Positions 10,234 through 20,293 of a stretch of 64,000 nt of DNA are shown one piece after another. Made by a program: the position numbers and the translations under genes. The notes under the pieces were generated by a model, which saw only the letters and a list, made by a program, of their open reading frames with translations, searched no databases and was not told where the DNA came from. Position 1 is the first letter of the stretch. Each line of letters opens with the position of its first letter. The stretch comes from an uncultured Pelagibacteraceae bacterium (lineage in GTDB: Bacteria; Pseudomonadota; Alphaproteobacteria; Pelagibacterales; Pelagibacteraceae): NCBI GenBank assembly GCA_902583075.1, contig CACHUN010000004.1:8680-72679 (forward strand), in the 5' to 3' direction.

Positions 10234-10749
10234 TTATCTATTTTTTTTTCTCCATATCCAAGGGTATTCAAATTGCATTTTCCATAAACCCAAAGAAAAT
10301 TTTTTTGCAAAAACTTGATATTTTTTAAATTTACCGTTTGAGTATTTAGGATAATCAAATGCATAACCATTCTTGACCATAAAAACTGATAGGCTTTCAT
10401 TTTTTAAAAAACATTCGCCTATTAATCTGCTATATTGATCTTTATTTTTTTCTATTTTACAATTAACAATCTGATTTCCAATTTTTTTAATGAGCTTATC
10501 TTTAGATAACTTCCCACATAGAATTTCAACATTATTCAAAACACATGATTGTTTCTTTCCAAAAAAAAAATTTTCAGGAGCGTCAATTCCACCAAAGCGA
10601 ATTTTTTTATTATTAATCTTAATTGTGTCACCATCTGTAATTTTTGGTTTACCTGAAATTAATAAATAATTTTGTTCTGAAGATAATAAGGGATTAATAT
10701 TAAAAAAGAGGAAAAAAAAACTAATTAAAATCAGTTTTTGCTTTTTCAT
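10234..10749 (-). CDS. Secreted thermonuclease (SNase-like) family protein
   Basis: Signal peptide, DGDTI, IRFGGIDAPE, DQYSR, MVKNGYA and GLW motifs. Confidence 0.88.
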   Translation of the reverse strand: MKKQKLILISFFFLFFNINPLLSSEQNYLLISGKPKITDGDTIKINNKKIRFGGIDAPENFFFGKKQSCVLNNVEILCGKLSKDKLIKKIGNQIVNCKIEKNKDQYSRLIGECFLKNESLSVFMVKNGYAFDYPKYSNGKFKKYQVFAKKFSLGLWKMQFEYPWIWRKKNR

Positions 10750-11029
10750 TTAATTCGTCCATTTTTTTTCGTAGATCTTCATCTGACACGTTTTTTTCTT
10801 TCAAATCCTCTTTAATTTTTCGAAAAACGTCTTGATCTCCTGCTTCAGCAAAATCTGCTTTTATTACTGATTGAATGTAATCTTTTTCTTGATCTGGATT
10901 ATAACTTAATATTTGAGATACCCATTCACCTAAATATTTATTTCTTCTAGCACTTACTTTGAATTGAAGCTCTTGATCATGAGCAAATTTCTTTTCAAAA
11001 CTTTTTTTTCTATCTTCAAATGAACTCAT
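10721..11029 (-). CDS. DUF1476 protein / F1Fo-ATPase inhibitor zeta subunit
   Basis: N-terminus SFEDRKKSFEKKFAHDQELQFKVSARRNK resembles alphaproteobacterial zeta, with ADFAEAGD..VFRK further on. Confidence 0.88.
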   Translation of the reverse strand: MSSFEDRKKSFEKKFAHDQELQFKVSARRNKYLGEWVSQILSYNPDQEKDYIQSVIKADFAEAGDQDVFRKIKEDLKEKNVSDEDLRKKMDELNEKAKTDFN

Positions 11030-11035
11030 TTTAAT

Positions 11036-11063
11036 AAAATAAAAAGATTTAGCTTTATGTCAA
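11036..11063 (-). promoter_or_regulatory. Putative sigma70 promoter of the zeta gene (leaderless-type)
   Basis: TTGACA-N16-TATTTT, then 6 nt to the ATG. Confidence 0.5.
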
Positions 11064-11093
11064 TCTAATTTAATTTATATTTGTGTTAAATTT

Positions 11094-11804
11094 ATGAATA
11101 ATTTAATACTTGTTAGACACGGACAAAGCGATTGGAACCTAGAAAACCGTTTTACTGGCTGGGTAGATGTAGGTTTAGCTGCCAAAGGCAAGCTTGAAGC
11201 ATGTAAGGCAGGAGAATTAATTAGAGAATTAAACCTTGAATTATCTTATTTTTATACATCATTACAGACTAGATCGATCGAAACACTTAATTTAATCCTC
11301 AATACTATGAGAATTAAAGATCAAAATATTGTTAATGCCTGGGAACTAAATGAGAGACACTACGGAGCGTTAACAGGTTTAAATAAAGATGAAATGAAAA
11401 AACTTTATGGAGAAGAAAAAATTCATACTTTTAGAAGATCTTGGGATAACCCACCTGAACCACTAAAAAAAACTAGTCCATATCATCCAGTGAATATTGA
11501 TATATATAAAAATGTTCCAAAAGATAAAATTCCAGATACAGAGTCATTAAAAAATACATATGAAAGAGTAATACCTTTTTATAAAAAAAATATTGAACCT
11601 AAACTAGATAAAAATATTATTGTATCGGCTCATGGAAATTCAATTAGGTCATTATGTAAATATATATTTAATTTAGATAATGAAAATATTTCGAGTTTGG
11701 AAATACCAACTGGCAATCCTCTATTGATTGTATTTGAAAAAGGAAATATTAAGAATGCAAAGTATTTAGATGAGGATAGAGCAAAAGATCTTTTAGTTTT
11801 CTAA
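11094..11804 (+). CDS. gpmA: 2,3-bisphosphoglycerate-dependent phosphoglycerate mutase
   Basis: LVRHGQS.WN.ENRFTGW, LNERHYG and AHGNS motifs. Confidence 0.96.
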   Translation: MNNLILVRHGQSDWNLENRFTGWVDVGLAAKGKLEACKAGELIRELNLELSYFYTSLQTRSIETLNLILNTMRIKDQNIVNAWELNERHYGALTGLNKDEMKKLYGEEKIHTFRRSWDNPPEPLKKTSPYHPVNIDIYKNVPKDKIPDTESLKNTYERVIPFYKKNIEPKLDKNIIVSAHGNSIRSLCKYIFNLDNENISSLEIPTGNPLLIVFEKGNIKNAKYLDEDRAKDLLVF

Positions 11805-12487
11805 ATAAATAATTTTTCATATATTTCAAAATCAGTTAAATGCTTAAATTCACCTTTATACTCATAACCATAAAGTTTACTTTCTCTTAAAAGTTCATCC
11901 CATATTTCAGATATAGGAAAATAATTTAATTGTTTGTGTAATATTAATTCCTTATTAAATATTTGACATCCAGTATATTTAAAATTGTTTATTTTTTCTT
12001 TCAGGAGGATATTATTATTAATCTCGAAATCTCCATTAAATCTTTTATCGAAGCATGTCAAGTTATTTACAATTAACAAGATATTTTTTATTTTTTTTTC
12101 AAAGTAAATTTTCTCCATTTCTAAAATTGATTTGACATAACTGTCATCCCAAATTGTATCTGGATTGATTACTAGGACATCATCCTCATTAGATTTTTTA
12201 ATTAGACTTAAAGTACCACCCCCTGTTCCTAAAATTGTTTCACCATCATCTACAATTTCAATATTTATTGGAAAATTTTTACTATTAATGAAATCAATAA
12301 TCTTTTCTTTTAAATAAAAAACATTAATTTTGATTTTTTTAATTTTTATTTTTATAAGAAAATTAATTGTATTTTCTAATAAAGTTTCATCTTTATAAAC
12401 TATCAATGGCTTTGGCAAACTATCTGTTATCGGTTGTACTCTCTTACCAAATCCAGCGCAGAGTATAAGAGCAGTTTTAATTTTCAT
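11801..12487 (-). CDS. murU: Nucleotidyltransferase, MurNAc-1-phosphate uridylyltransferase-like (start more likely ATG at 12487 than 12511)
   Basis: ALILCAGFGKR..P....PKPL and LGTGGG motifs, position after an amgK-like gene. Confidence 0.72.
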   Translation of the reverse strand: MKIKTALILCAGFGKRVQPITDSLPKPLIVYKDETLLENTINFLIKIKIKKIKINVFYLKEKIIDFINSKNFPINIEIVDDGETILGTGGGTLSLIKKSNEDDVLVINPDTIWDDSYVKSILEMEKIYFEKKIKNILLIVNNLTCFDKRFNGDFEINNNILLKEKINNFKYTGCQIFNKELILHKQLNYFPISEIWDELLRESKLYGYEYKGEFKHLTDFEIYEKLFI

Positions 12488-13427
12488 AAAATTTTCTAAT
12501 TTTCCTATCAAAGTTTTTAGTTAAAATGTAATTTAAGTCTTTGAATATTGGATTATTCAAAGTTCTGTATTCTATCAACTCCCATGCGTGAGGTATAAGT
12601 TTGAGGTATTTGTTTTTTTTATCTCTTACAGATAATCTAGTAAATATGCCAATTATTTTTAAATTCCTCAATACGGACAGAATTTCAAAGTCATTTTTAA
12701 ACTTCTTAGGGTCTAAGTGTTTATTCTTTTTTATAAACTCGTTAAAAATAAAATTTTTAATCTTTTTATCTGTTTTAAACCTAACATCATCGATAAGAGA
12801 AGCTAAATCATATGCAATATTACCATAGACAGCATCTTGACTGTCTATCAATCCTAAACCTTTTTTAGTTATCATTATATTAGATATATGAAAATCTCGA
12901 TGTACAAAAACTTTATTTTTATAATAAATATTATTTAGTAATTTTTTAAATATCTTATTAAATTTGACATTTAAAATTCTATTATTTTCTCTTTTAACAT
13001 ATTTTGGCAAATACCAGTCTAAGAATAAATTACTCTCATCTAATAATTTTTTTAATGAATAGTCTGGAACTTTATAATTAGTTTTTAAAAACGTTTTTTG
13101 ATACTTAGCTTTTATGTTTTTAATTTTGATCAATAAATCTAAAATTTTTTTATAGTAAATTTTTTTATTTATTGATTTTTTTTGAAATTTTTTAAAAACT
13201 GTTAAATCCCCAAAATCTTCAATCTCAATATAATTATTTTTGTAATTCTGAGATATTAATTTAGGGGCTATAATATTTTTTTTTATTAATATTTTGTTAA
13301 TAGCATCATATTCTAACAAATTACTTTTTTTATTTTTTTTACAATGAACAATAATATTTTTATTTCCTCTATAAAAATTTCTAAATGATGCATCTCCAGT
13401 TATTTTTTTCAATTTATTTAAATTCAT
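12477..13427 (-). CDS. amgK: Aminoglycoside-phosphotransferase-fold kinase, anomeric MurNAc/GlcNAc kinase-like
   Basis: GDASFR.FYR, EDFGD, HRDFH..NIM, DSQDA, YDLASL and LKIIGIF.RL motifs, tsaE-amgK-murU synteny. Confidence 0.78.
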   Translation of the reverse strand: MNLNKLKKITGDASFRNFYRGNKNIIVHCKKNKKSNLLEYDAINKILIKKNIIAPKLISQNYKNNYIEIEDFGDLTVFKKFQKKSINKKIYYKKILDLLIKIKNIKAKYQKTFLKTNYKVPDYSLKKLLDESNLFLDWYLPKYVKRENNRILNVKFNKIFKKLLNNIYYKNKVFVHRDFHISNIMITKKGLGLIDSQDAVYGNIAYDLASLIDDVRFKTDKKIKNFIFNEFIKKNKHLDPKKFKNDFEILSVLRNLKIIGIFTRLSVRDKKNKYLKLIPHAWELIEYRTLNNPIFKDLNYILTKNFDRKIRKFYEN

Positions 13428-13893
13428 TAATTATTTTTTTGTTTTTTGAAATTATTGTAAGATAACGCTCAGTATAGCTTTTATTATATTTAAATATTAA
13501 GCTAATACTATTTTTAATTTTTAGTTTTTTTATAATTTCTGGCCATTCAACTAAGGTTATTTGTTTTTTTAAATTTTCTTGGATACCTAAGTTATTAAGC
13601 TCTTTTTGATTTTTAATTCTATATAAATCATAGTGCTTTATTGAAATTTTTTTTATCTGATATTCATTTGTAATATTAAAAGTAGGACTAGGAACCTCTG
13701 ATATTTTCTGTCTATTTATTCTTTGAAGAGAATTTATAATGTATTTAATGAATGTAGTTTTTCCTACACCTAAATTGCCAATTAAAAGTATGAAATCCCC
13801 TATATTGATAAGTTTACTAAGTTTTTCAGCTACAAGTTTTGTATCTTTTTCTTTAGAAATATTTATTTTGCCGCTTCTAGTAGCGATAAGCAT
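13414..13893 (-). CDS. tsaE: tRNA t6A biosynthesis ATPase
   Basis: [22 protein letters not shown] and LVEW motifs. Confidence 0.93.
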   Translation of the reverse strand: MLIATRSGKINISKEKDTKLVAEKLSKLINIGDFILLIGNLGVGKTTFIKYIINSLQRINRQKISEVPSPTFNITNEYQIKKISIKHYDLYRIKNQKELNNLGIQENLKKQITLVEWPEIIKKLKIKNSISLIFKYNKSYTERYLTIISKNKKIINEFK

Positions 13894-15163
13894 GAGGCTT
13901 GTATGGTCCCTCTGGTGTTACGCTAATATAGTCAGCTTGCTCCTTTGATAATGGTGTTAATTTTGCACCAACTTTATCTAGGTGTAGTCTTGCCACTTTT
14001 TCATCTAGGTGTTTAGGAAGCACATAAACTTTATTTTCATAGTTGTGTGAATTGTTCCAAAGCTCAATTTGCGCAATAACCTGGTTGGTAAATGAGGCAC
14101 TCATTACAAAGCTTGGGTGACCAGTTCCACAACCTAAATTTACAAGTCTTCCCTCAGCTAACAAAATTAATCTTTTGTCATCTGGGAATGTTATTTCGTG
14201 AACTTGAGGTTTTACCTCATCCCATTTATAATTTTTCAAAGCATCAACTTGAATTTCGTTATCAAAGTGTCCAATATTACATAAAATAGATCTATCTTTC
14301 ATAGCTCTCATATGATCTGCCGTCACCACATCTTTATTTCCAGTTGCAGTTACAACAATATCTGCTTGACCAATCATTTCATCCATTAAAACTACTTCGT
14401 AACCTTCCATAGCAGCTTGCAATGCGCAAATAGGATCAGTTTCGGTTACTAAGACTCTTGCTCCACTTTGTCTTAAAGATGCTGCACTACCTTTTCCAAC
14501 ATCACCAAAACCTGCAACAATTGCAACTTTTCCTGACATCATTACATCAGTAGCTCTTTTAATTCCATCAACTAAACTTTCCCTACATCCATATAAATTA
14601 TCAAATTTTGATTTTGTGACTGAGTCGTTTACATTAATTGCTGGGACTAACAATTGACCTTGTTCTTCCATTTTTTTAAGTGCTAAAACACCTGTTGTTG
14701 TTTCTTCACTTAAACCTTTTACACCTTTTAATAAATCTTTGTAATCTTTATGCATAAGAGCAGTAAGATCTCCACCATCATCTAAAATCATGTTAGGTAT
14801 CCAATCTTTTTTACCCTCAATTGTTTGTTTTACGCACCACCAGTATTCTTCCTCTGTCTCACCCTTCCAAGCAAATACAGGGATACCAGCTTTTGCAATT
14901 GCTGCTGCTGCATGATCTTGTGTTGAAAATATATTGCATGAAGACCATCTACATTCTGCACCTAAATCAACCAGGGTTTCAATCAAAACTGCTGTTTGAA
15001 TTGTCATATGAAGACAGCCTAAAATTCTTGCGCCTTTAAGTGGATTTTTACCTTTATATTCGGCTCTTACTGCCATTAATCCTGGCATTTCAGTCTCTGC
15101 TAGAGAGATTTCTTTTCTTCCAAATTCTGCTTCGTTAATATCTTTTACTTTATAATCTGTCAT
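13877..15163 (-). CDS. ahcY: Adenosylhomocysteinase
   Basis: [40 protein letters not shown] motifs and YRY C-terminus. Confidence 0.98.
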   Translation of the reverse strand: MTDYKVKDINEAEFGRKEISLAETEMPGLMAVRAEYKGKNPLKGARILGCLHMTIQTAVLIETLVDLGAECRWSSCNIFSTQDHAAAAIAKAGIPVFAWKGETEEEYWWCVKQTIEGKKDWIPNMILDDGGDLTALMHKDYKDLLKGVKGLSEETTTGVLALKKMEEQGQLLVPAINVNDSVTKSKFDNLYGCRESLVDGIKRATDVMMSGKVAIVAGFGDVGKGSAASLRQSGARVLVTETDPICALQAAMEGYEVVLMDEMIGQADIVVTATGNKDVVTADHMRAMKDRSILCNIGHFDNEIQVDALKNYKWDEVKPQVHEITFPDDKRLILLAEGRLVNLGCGTGHPSFVMSASFTNQVIAQIELWNNSHNYENKVYVLPKHLDEKVARLHLDKVGAKLTPLSKEQADYISVTPEGPYKPHAYRY

Positions 15164-15172
15164 AAGGTAGGG

Positions 15173-15201
15173 CTTGTAGCAACTTTATTTAAATTAATCA
15201 A
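15173..15201 (-). promoter_or_regulatory. Putative sigma70 promoter of ahcY
   Basis: TTGATT-N17-TACAAG with TGn extension, 9 nt before the ATG. Confidence 0.5.
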
Positions 15202-15205
15202 CTTT

Positions 15206-16708
15206 TCATTGGGTCGCCGGAAAAGTTATTTCAACTTTTGCACCTTTCTCTTTATTATTTTCAGCTTTAATTTGTCCATTATGCAATTCAACTAAGTTTT
15301 TCACTATATTTAGGCCCAAGCCAGAGTGTTCTCCAAAATTTTCAGGTCTATTACTGTAAAATCTATTGAAAATTTTATTGGTATCCTTCTCACTAAAACC
15401 GGTCCCCTCATCAATTACGATAAGTCTTGGCCTGCCTTCTTTGTCTTTACTGACTTCTACTATAATTTCTTGATTCTCATGGCTAAAAGAAATTGAATTC
15501 TCAAGTAAATTTGCAATAATTTGTTCTATCCTATTGTTGATACCAAGTATAAAATAATTCTCAGATCCATTAGACTTTAATCTTATTTGTATTTTTCTCT
15601 TTGAATTATAAATATTGTTAAAATCATCAACTACAGATTTTGCAATATCCTTTATGTCAATTTTTTGCATTGTTTCTGTGGAAATTACTGCCTCATCTTT
15701 CAGCATTTGAGAATAATCAGTAATTAATCTTTCTATTCTCTCAACATCATGTGATACAATGTTAATTAATTTTTCTCTTTTAGTTTTATCTTCTGTTTCT
15801 GAAATTATCTCAGATGCACTTTTCAATGAAGCAAGGGGATTTCTGATTTCATGAAGTAAGTCTGTTGAATAATTTTCAGCAGTTGTAATTCTTTTATTTA
15901 ATTCACTTGTCATTTCATCAAGTGATTTTGATAATATTCCTAATTCATCATTTCTTGTCTTAACCCTTTCTATATCTGTTTTTTCATTACTTTTGTCTTT
16001 TATTATTTTTGTATAACTAACTAAATTTTTGATAGGTTTTAAAAAATATCTATTTAAGACATATGAAAAAATAATGATAACCAAAAGTACCACAAGAGCT
16101 GTTCTAATAATAAATTTCTCTCTCTCTTCAATTTGTGCAATTATATTATCAGCATTTTCAGATATAAGAATATAGCCATTATTATTCAAATAATTAATAC
16201 TCTTAATACTAAAAACAAAAAACTGTTCTTGCATTTGTTTTAAATTGGTTAAAGATTTTTCAGACCCTGATAAATAATATTTTTTAAGATCTTCATCAAA
16301 AATTGTTTCATTTTTGTTTTCTTGATTATTAAAATTATTCTCAATTGATTGTTCAGTTAATTCTTCAATTAGTAATAATGATGATGGAATAGATCTTGTA
16401 TCTCCAATCCAATTTAATTTATTGTCAAAAAATATTACTCTATCTAGTTTTTCAAAATAAGGAAATCGGGATTTTTTCGAAAATAAAAATTCGCTTATTC
16501 CATACTCATTTAATTTTATATTTGATTTTTCAAGGTTTAATATTGTTTGAGTTATTATATCTGTATGATTGTTTTGTTTTTCATTAATCAAATTTTTTTG
16601 AATAGCACCTAAGTAAAAGAATGTGATAATTATTATAAATATGAAAACTACTAGATTAATAAATAAGAATTTCTGTAATATAGAGAGATTTTTTAGTATT
16701 TTTCTCAT
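15206..16708 (-). CDS. chvG: Sensor histidine kinase ChvG/BvrS-like
   Basis: Two TM segments, HAMP, HEIRNPL H-box, FYS.RP..FGEHSGLGL, adjacent to chvI and ahcY. Confidence 0.85.
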   Translation of the reverse strand: MRKILKNLSILQKFLFINLVVFIFIIIITFFYLGAIQKNLINEKQNNHTDIITQTILNLEKSNIKLNEYGISEFLFSKKSRFPYFEKLDRVIFFDNKLNWIGDTRSIPSSLLLIEELTEQSIENNFNNQENKNETIFDEDLKKYYLSGSEKSLTNLKQMQEQFFVFSIKSINYLNNNGYILISENADNIIAQIEEREKFIIRTALVVLLVIIIFSYVLNRYFLKPIKNLVSYTKIIKDKSNEKTDIERVKTRNDELGILSKSLDEMTSELNKRITTAENYSTDLLHEIRNPLASLKSASEIISETEDKTKREKLINIVSHDVERIERLITDYSQMLKDEAVISTETMQKIDIKDIAKSVVDDFNNIYNSKRKIQIRLKSNGSENYFILGINNRIEQIIANLLENSISFSHENQEIIVEVSKDKEGRPRLIVIDEGTGFSEKDTNKIFNRFYSNRPENFGEHSGLGLNIVKNLVELHNGQIKAENNKEKGAKVEITFPATQ

Positions 16709-16713
16709 AATTA

Positions 16714-17418
16714 TTATTTAACATTCCATCTATATCCACTTCCATATCTTGTTTCAATTGCTGAAAAATCACTATCTATCTTTTTAAATTTTTTTCTTAT
16801 TCTTTTAACATGACTATCAATAGTCCTATCTTCTATATCTGTATCTTCTCTATAGGCTACATCCATAAGTAAGGCTCTTTCTTTAATCATTCCTGGTCTT
16901 TTTGCCAGCTCCTCAACAATTTTAAATTCTGTTGTAGTAAGTTTATCTGGCAATTGTTTGCCATCCCACTCACATTCAAGTTGGGATGGATCTAACTTTA
17001 ACTTACCATGAGAAATTACATTTTTATTTTCTTCTATGTTGATATCCTTATCTTTTTTTCTTAACTGAACCTTAATTCTTTCAACTAAAACCTTAGTTGA
17101 GAACCCTCCAGTTTTACCAACAAAATCATCTGCACCAAGTTTCAAACCACTAACCTCGTCGGTAACTTCATCTTTAGAAGTCAAAAAAATAACTGGCATA
17201 GAAGTTTTTTTTCTAAGTTTTCTTAGAAGTTCTTCACCATCCATTCTTGGCATTTTGATATCAATCACAGCAAGATCAGGTGGTGTTCTTGATAATCCAA
17301 CAAGAGCATTTTCACCATCAATATAAGTTTGGACTTTAAAACCTTCCTTTTCTAAAGCCATCTGGACAGATGTTAATAAATTTCTATCATCATCTACTAA
17401 CGCAATTGTTTGTGACAT
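16714..17418 (-). CDS. chvI: OmpR-family response regulator ChvI
   Basis: IALVDDDRN, DIKMPRMDG, FLTSKDE and DRTIDSHVKRIRKKF motifs. Confidence 0.93.
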   Translation of the reverse strand: MSQTIALVDDDRNLLTSVQMALEKEGFKVQTYIDGENALVGLSRTPPDLAVIDIKMPRMDGEELLRKLRKKTSMPVIFLTSKDEVTDEVSGLKLGADDFVGKTGGFSTKVLVERIKVQLRKKDKDINIEENKNVISHGKLKLDPSQLECEWDGKQLPDKLTTTEFKIVEELAKRPGMIKERALLMDVAYREDTDIEDRTIDSHVKRIRKKFKKIDSDFSAIETRYGSGYRWNVK

Positions 17419-17468
17419 AAATTAAAATAAAAATACTAAATTGTTCATATTAGGGCAATTGTTTGTTT

Positions 17469-20243
17469 TCAATGAAGTTCACCCCAATTTTCTCCAGTAT
17501 TCACATCGACTAAAAGAGGTATTGAAAATGAATGAAGTTCACTATCTTTTACACTCAACATCAAATCCTTAATTAATTTAGTACTTTTTTTTATTTCTTT
17601 TGAGTTTTCCTCAAAAATTAACTCATCGTGTATCTGTAACAACATTTTTAAACTATTATTTTTATTATTGGAGGTTTCTTTATTTATCCTGATCATTGCT
17701 AATCTCATTATCTCTGATGCTGACCCTTGAATTGGAGCATTTATCGCTGCCCTCTCTTGAAAATTTCTTATATTAAAATTCTTATCGTTAATTCCAGTGA
17801 GATGTGTTTTTCTTCCAAATATATTACTTACATAGCCACTTTTTCTACAAAAATTCACAGTTGTTTTCATATAATCTTTAATTTCTGGAAATTTTTTAAA
17901 ATAAGAATTTAAAAATTCTTCTGCTTCATTGTTTGAAACATTGATTTGTTTGGCTAAACCATATTGTGATATACCATAAATAATCCCAAAATTGATTGCT
18001 TTTGCTTTTCTTCTTGTTTCTGAATCAATTTTATTAATTTCTTTTCCAAATACCTGACTAGCTGTCAAAGTATGAATATCCTCATTATTTAAAAACGCTT
18101 TTTTCAACTGTTTTACATCTGCTAAATCTGCCAAAATTCTCATTTCAACTTGATTGTAGTCTGCTGAAATCAATTTATTATTTTTTTCAGAAACAAACGC
18201 TTTTCTTATATCCTTCCCATCTTCTGATTTTATTGGAATATTTTGTAAATTTGGATCACTAGATGCAAGTCTACCTGTTGTAGTAGCTGCTAACAAAAAA
18301 GATGTATGAACTCTTTTAGTATTTTGATTTATATGTTCTGGCAATGCATCTGAGTAAGTATTTTTAAGTTTACTAATTTGCCTCCATTCCAAGATGAGTT
18401 TTGGAAATTCATAACCTTTGAAAGCTAGGTCCTCTAAAACTGAAGCACTAGTCGCAAAACTTCCTTTTTTTGTTTTTTTTAAAGCTGCTATTTTTAAATC
18501 GTTATACATTATTTCACCAAGTTGCTTGGTTGATCCAATGTTAAATGTTTTCTTTGAAATTTTAAAAATAGATTTTTCTAATTTTTCTATTTTAGTTGAA
18601 AATTTTGAAGACAGTTTGTTGAGTGAAGATTTATCAAGTTTAATACCTTTGATCTCCATCTCTGCTAGTATTTTAATTAGTGGTTTTTCAAATAACTCAT
18701 AAATATTCAATAGTTTTTCTGCTTTTAATGATTTTAAAAAAATTTTGTACAATCTAAAAGTAATATCTGCATCTTCAGCCGCATAATCTTTGGCTTCAGA
18801 TATATTTACTTCAGAAAAATTAAGTTGTTTTTTTCCCGTCCCAACTAAATCTTTAAATTTAATAGTTTTATGACCTAGATGTATCTCTGAAAGAGTATCC
18901 ATATTATGCCTATTTTTACCAGCATCTAGTGTGTAAGACATAAGCATAGTATCTTCTATGGAATTTAAAGTTATTCCACGGTGATAAAAGACAATGAAAT
19001 CAAACTTAATATTTTGTCCTACTTTTTTAATACTCTCATCCTCTAAATAATTCTTAAGAACGCTTAAGACTTTTTTTTCGTTAAGATTATTTCCACGAAC
19101 ATGATTTAATGGAATATAACATGCATTTCCTATTCTGTTAGAAATTGAAATACCTACTAAATTTGCTGTGTGAGGATCTAATGAGGTTGTCTCAGTATCT
19201 ATTGCAAATTCACCTATTTCCTCAGATTGTTTCATCCAATCTTCAATTTCTTTCTCATTTTCAATTAATTGATAATTTTTTTTCTTAATATCTGATATTT
19301 GTTCTGAATTTTTCTCAATATCTTTGGTTACAGGATTATTTGTACCCCCATATTTTGAGATGGCAGCACTCAATAGCCTATTAAATTCCATTTCTCTTAG
19401 AAAAGAATAAAGCTTGTCTTGATCAACACTTTTCAATATGAATTCTTCAATTTTATTTTTTACAGGCACATCTTTTTTTAATGTAACTAGTTTTTTACTT
19501 ATAATTGCATCATCCTTGTTATCTATTAAAGTTTCTCTTCTTTTATTTTGTTTTATTTTTGATGCATTTTTTAATAAATTTTCTAAAGTTCCATATTGAT
19601 TTATCAATTCAGCAGCAGTTTTAATTCCTATACCTGGTACACCAGGGACATTATCTGTGCTATCACCAGCTAAAGATTGGACATCTACTACTTTTTCTGG
19701 AGTAACTCCAAATTTATTGTGGACATCTTCTTGATTTATAAATTTGTTCTTCATTGGATCATAAATTCTCACTCCTTTTTTATAAAGCTGCATTAAATCT
19801 TTGTCAGAGGAAACAATTGTTACCTTTGCACCTAAGTCTAAAATTTTTTCTACATAAGTTGCAATTAAATCATCTGCCTCATAATTGATTAACTCAATTG
19901 AAGGTAAATTAAAGGCTTTTACAGATTGCCTGATGTATTCAAATTGAGGAATTAGATCGTCAGGTGCATCAGATCTATTTCCTTTATACTCTGAATATAT
20001 TTCATTTCTAAAATTTTTTCTTGCTGAATCAAATATTACAGCAAAGTGTGTAGGTTTTTCTGAATTATCATCTGATTTAGAATCCTCTAATAACTTAAAA
20101 AGCATATTGCAAAAACCACTGACGGCACCTACTGGTAATCCATCACTTTTTCTTGTTAAAGGAGGAAGAGCATAATATGCCCTAAAAATGTATCCCGAAC
20201 CATCTATTAAGTAAAAATGGTCACTTTTTTTAATTTTGTCCAT
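17469..20243 (-). CDS. polA: DNA polymerase I
   Basis: 5' nuclease LIDGS..FRAYY, 3'-5' exonuclease DTETT, polymerase ADYNQVEMR, KAINFG and QIHDEL motifs. Confidence 0.98.
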   Translation of the reverse strand: MDKIKKSDHFYLIDGSGYIFRAYYALPPLTRKSDGLPVGAVSGFCNMLFKLLEDSKSDDNSEKPTHFAVIFDSARKNFRNEIYSEYKGNRSDAPDDLIPQFEYIRQSVKAFNLPSIELINYEADDLIATYVEKILDLGAKVTIVSSDKDLMQLYKKGVRIYDPMKNKFINQEDVHNKFGVTPEKVVDVQSLAGDSTDNVPGVPGIGIKTAAELINQYGTLENLLKNASKIKQNKRRETLIDNKDDAIISKKLVTLKKDVPVKNKIEEFILKSVDQDKLYSFLREMEFNRLLSAAISKYGGTNNPVTKDIEKNSEQISDIKKKNYQLIENEKEIEDWMKQSEEIGEFAIDTETTSLDPHTANLVGISISNRIGNACYIPLNHVRGNNLNEKKVLSVLKNYLEDESIKKVGQNIKFDFIVFYHRGITLNSIEDTMLMSYTLDAGKNRHNMDTLSEIHLGHKTIKFKDLVGTGKKQLNFSEVNISEAKDYAAEDADITFRLYKIFLKSLKAEKLLNIYELFEKPLIKILAEMEIKGIKLDKSSLNKLSSKFSTKIEKLEKSIFKISKKTFNIGSTKQLGEIMYNDLKIAALKKTKKGSFATSASVLEDLAFKGYEFPKLILEWRQISKLKNTYSDALPEHINQNTKRVHTSFLLAATTTGRLASSDPNLQNIPIKSEDGKDIRKAFVSEKNNKLISADYNQVEMRILADLADVKQLKKAFLNNEDIHTLTASQVFGKEINKIDSETRRKAKAINFGIIYGISQYGLAKQINVSNNEAEEFLNSYFKKFPEIKDYMKTTVNFCRKSGYVSNIFGRKTHLTGINDKNFNIRNFQERAAINAPIQGSASEIMRLAMIRINKETSNNKNNSLKMLLQIHDELIFEENSKEIKKSTKLIKDLMLSVKDSELHSFSIPLLVDVNTGENWGELH

Positions 20244-20293
20244 AATGTAATGATATCTTAATTTTTATAAATGTAATAAATGTATGCCCTCAT

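Noticed and set aside
10234-10749. SNase-like gene as a toxin or anti-phage nuclease
   Set aside because: It has a signal peptide, belongs to a widespread alphaproteobacterial family, and has no immunity or defence neighbours.
15164-15205. SAH or SAM-SAH riboswitch upstream of ahcY
   Set aside because: Only 42 bp, filled by a promoter-like element, with no aptamer consensus or stems.
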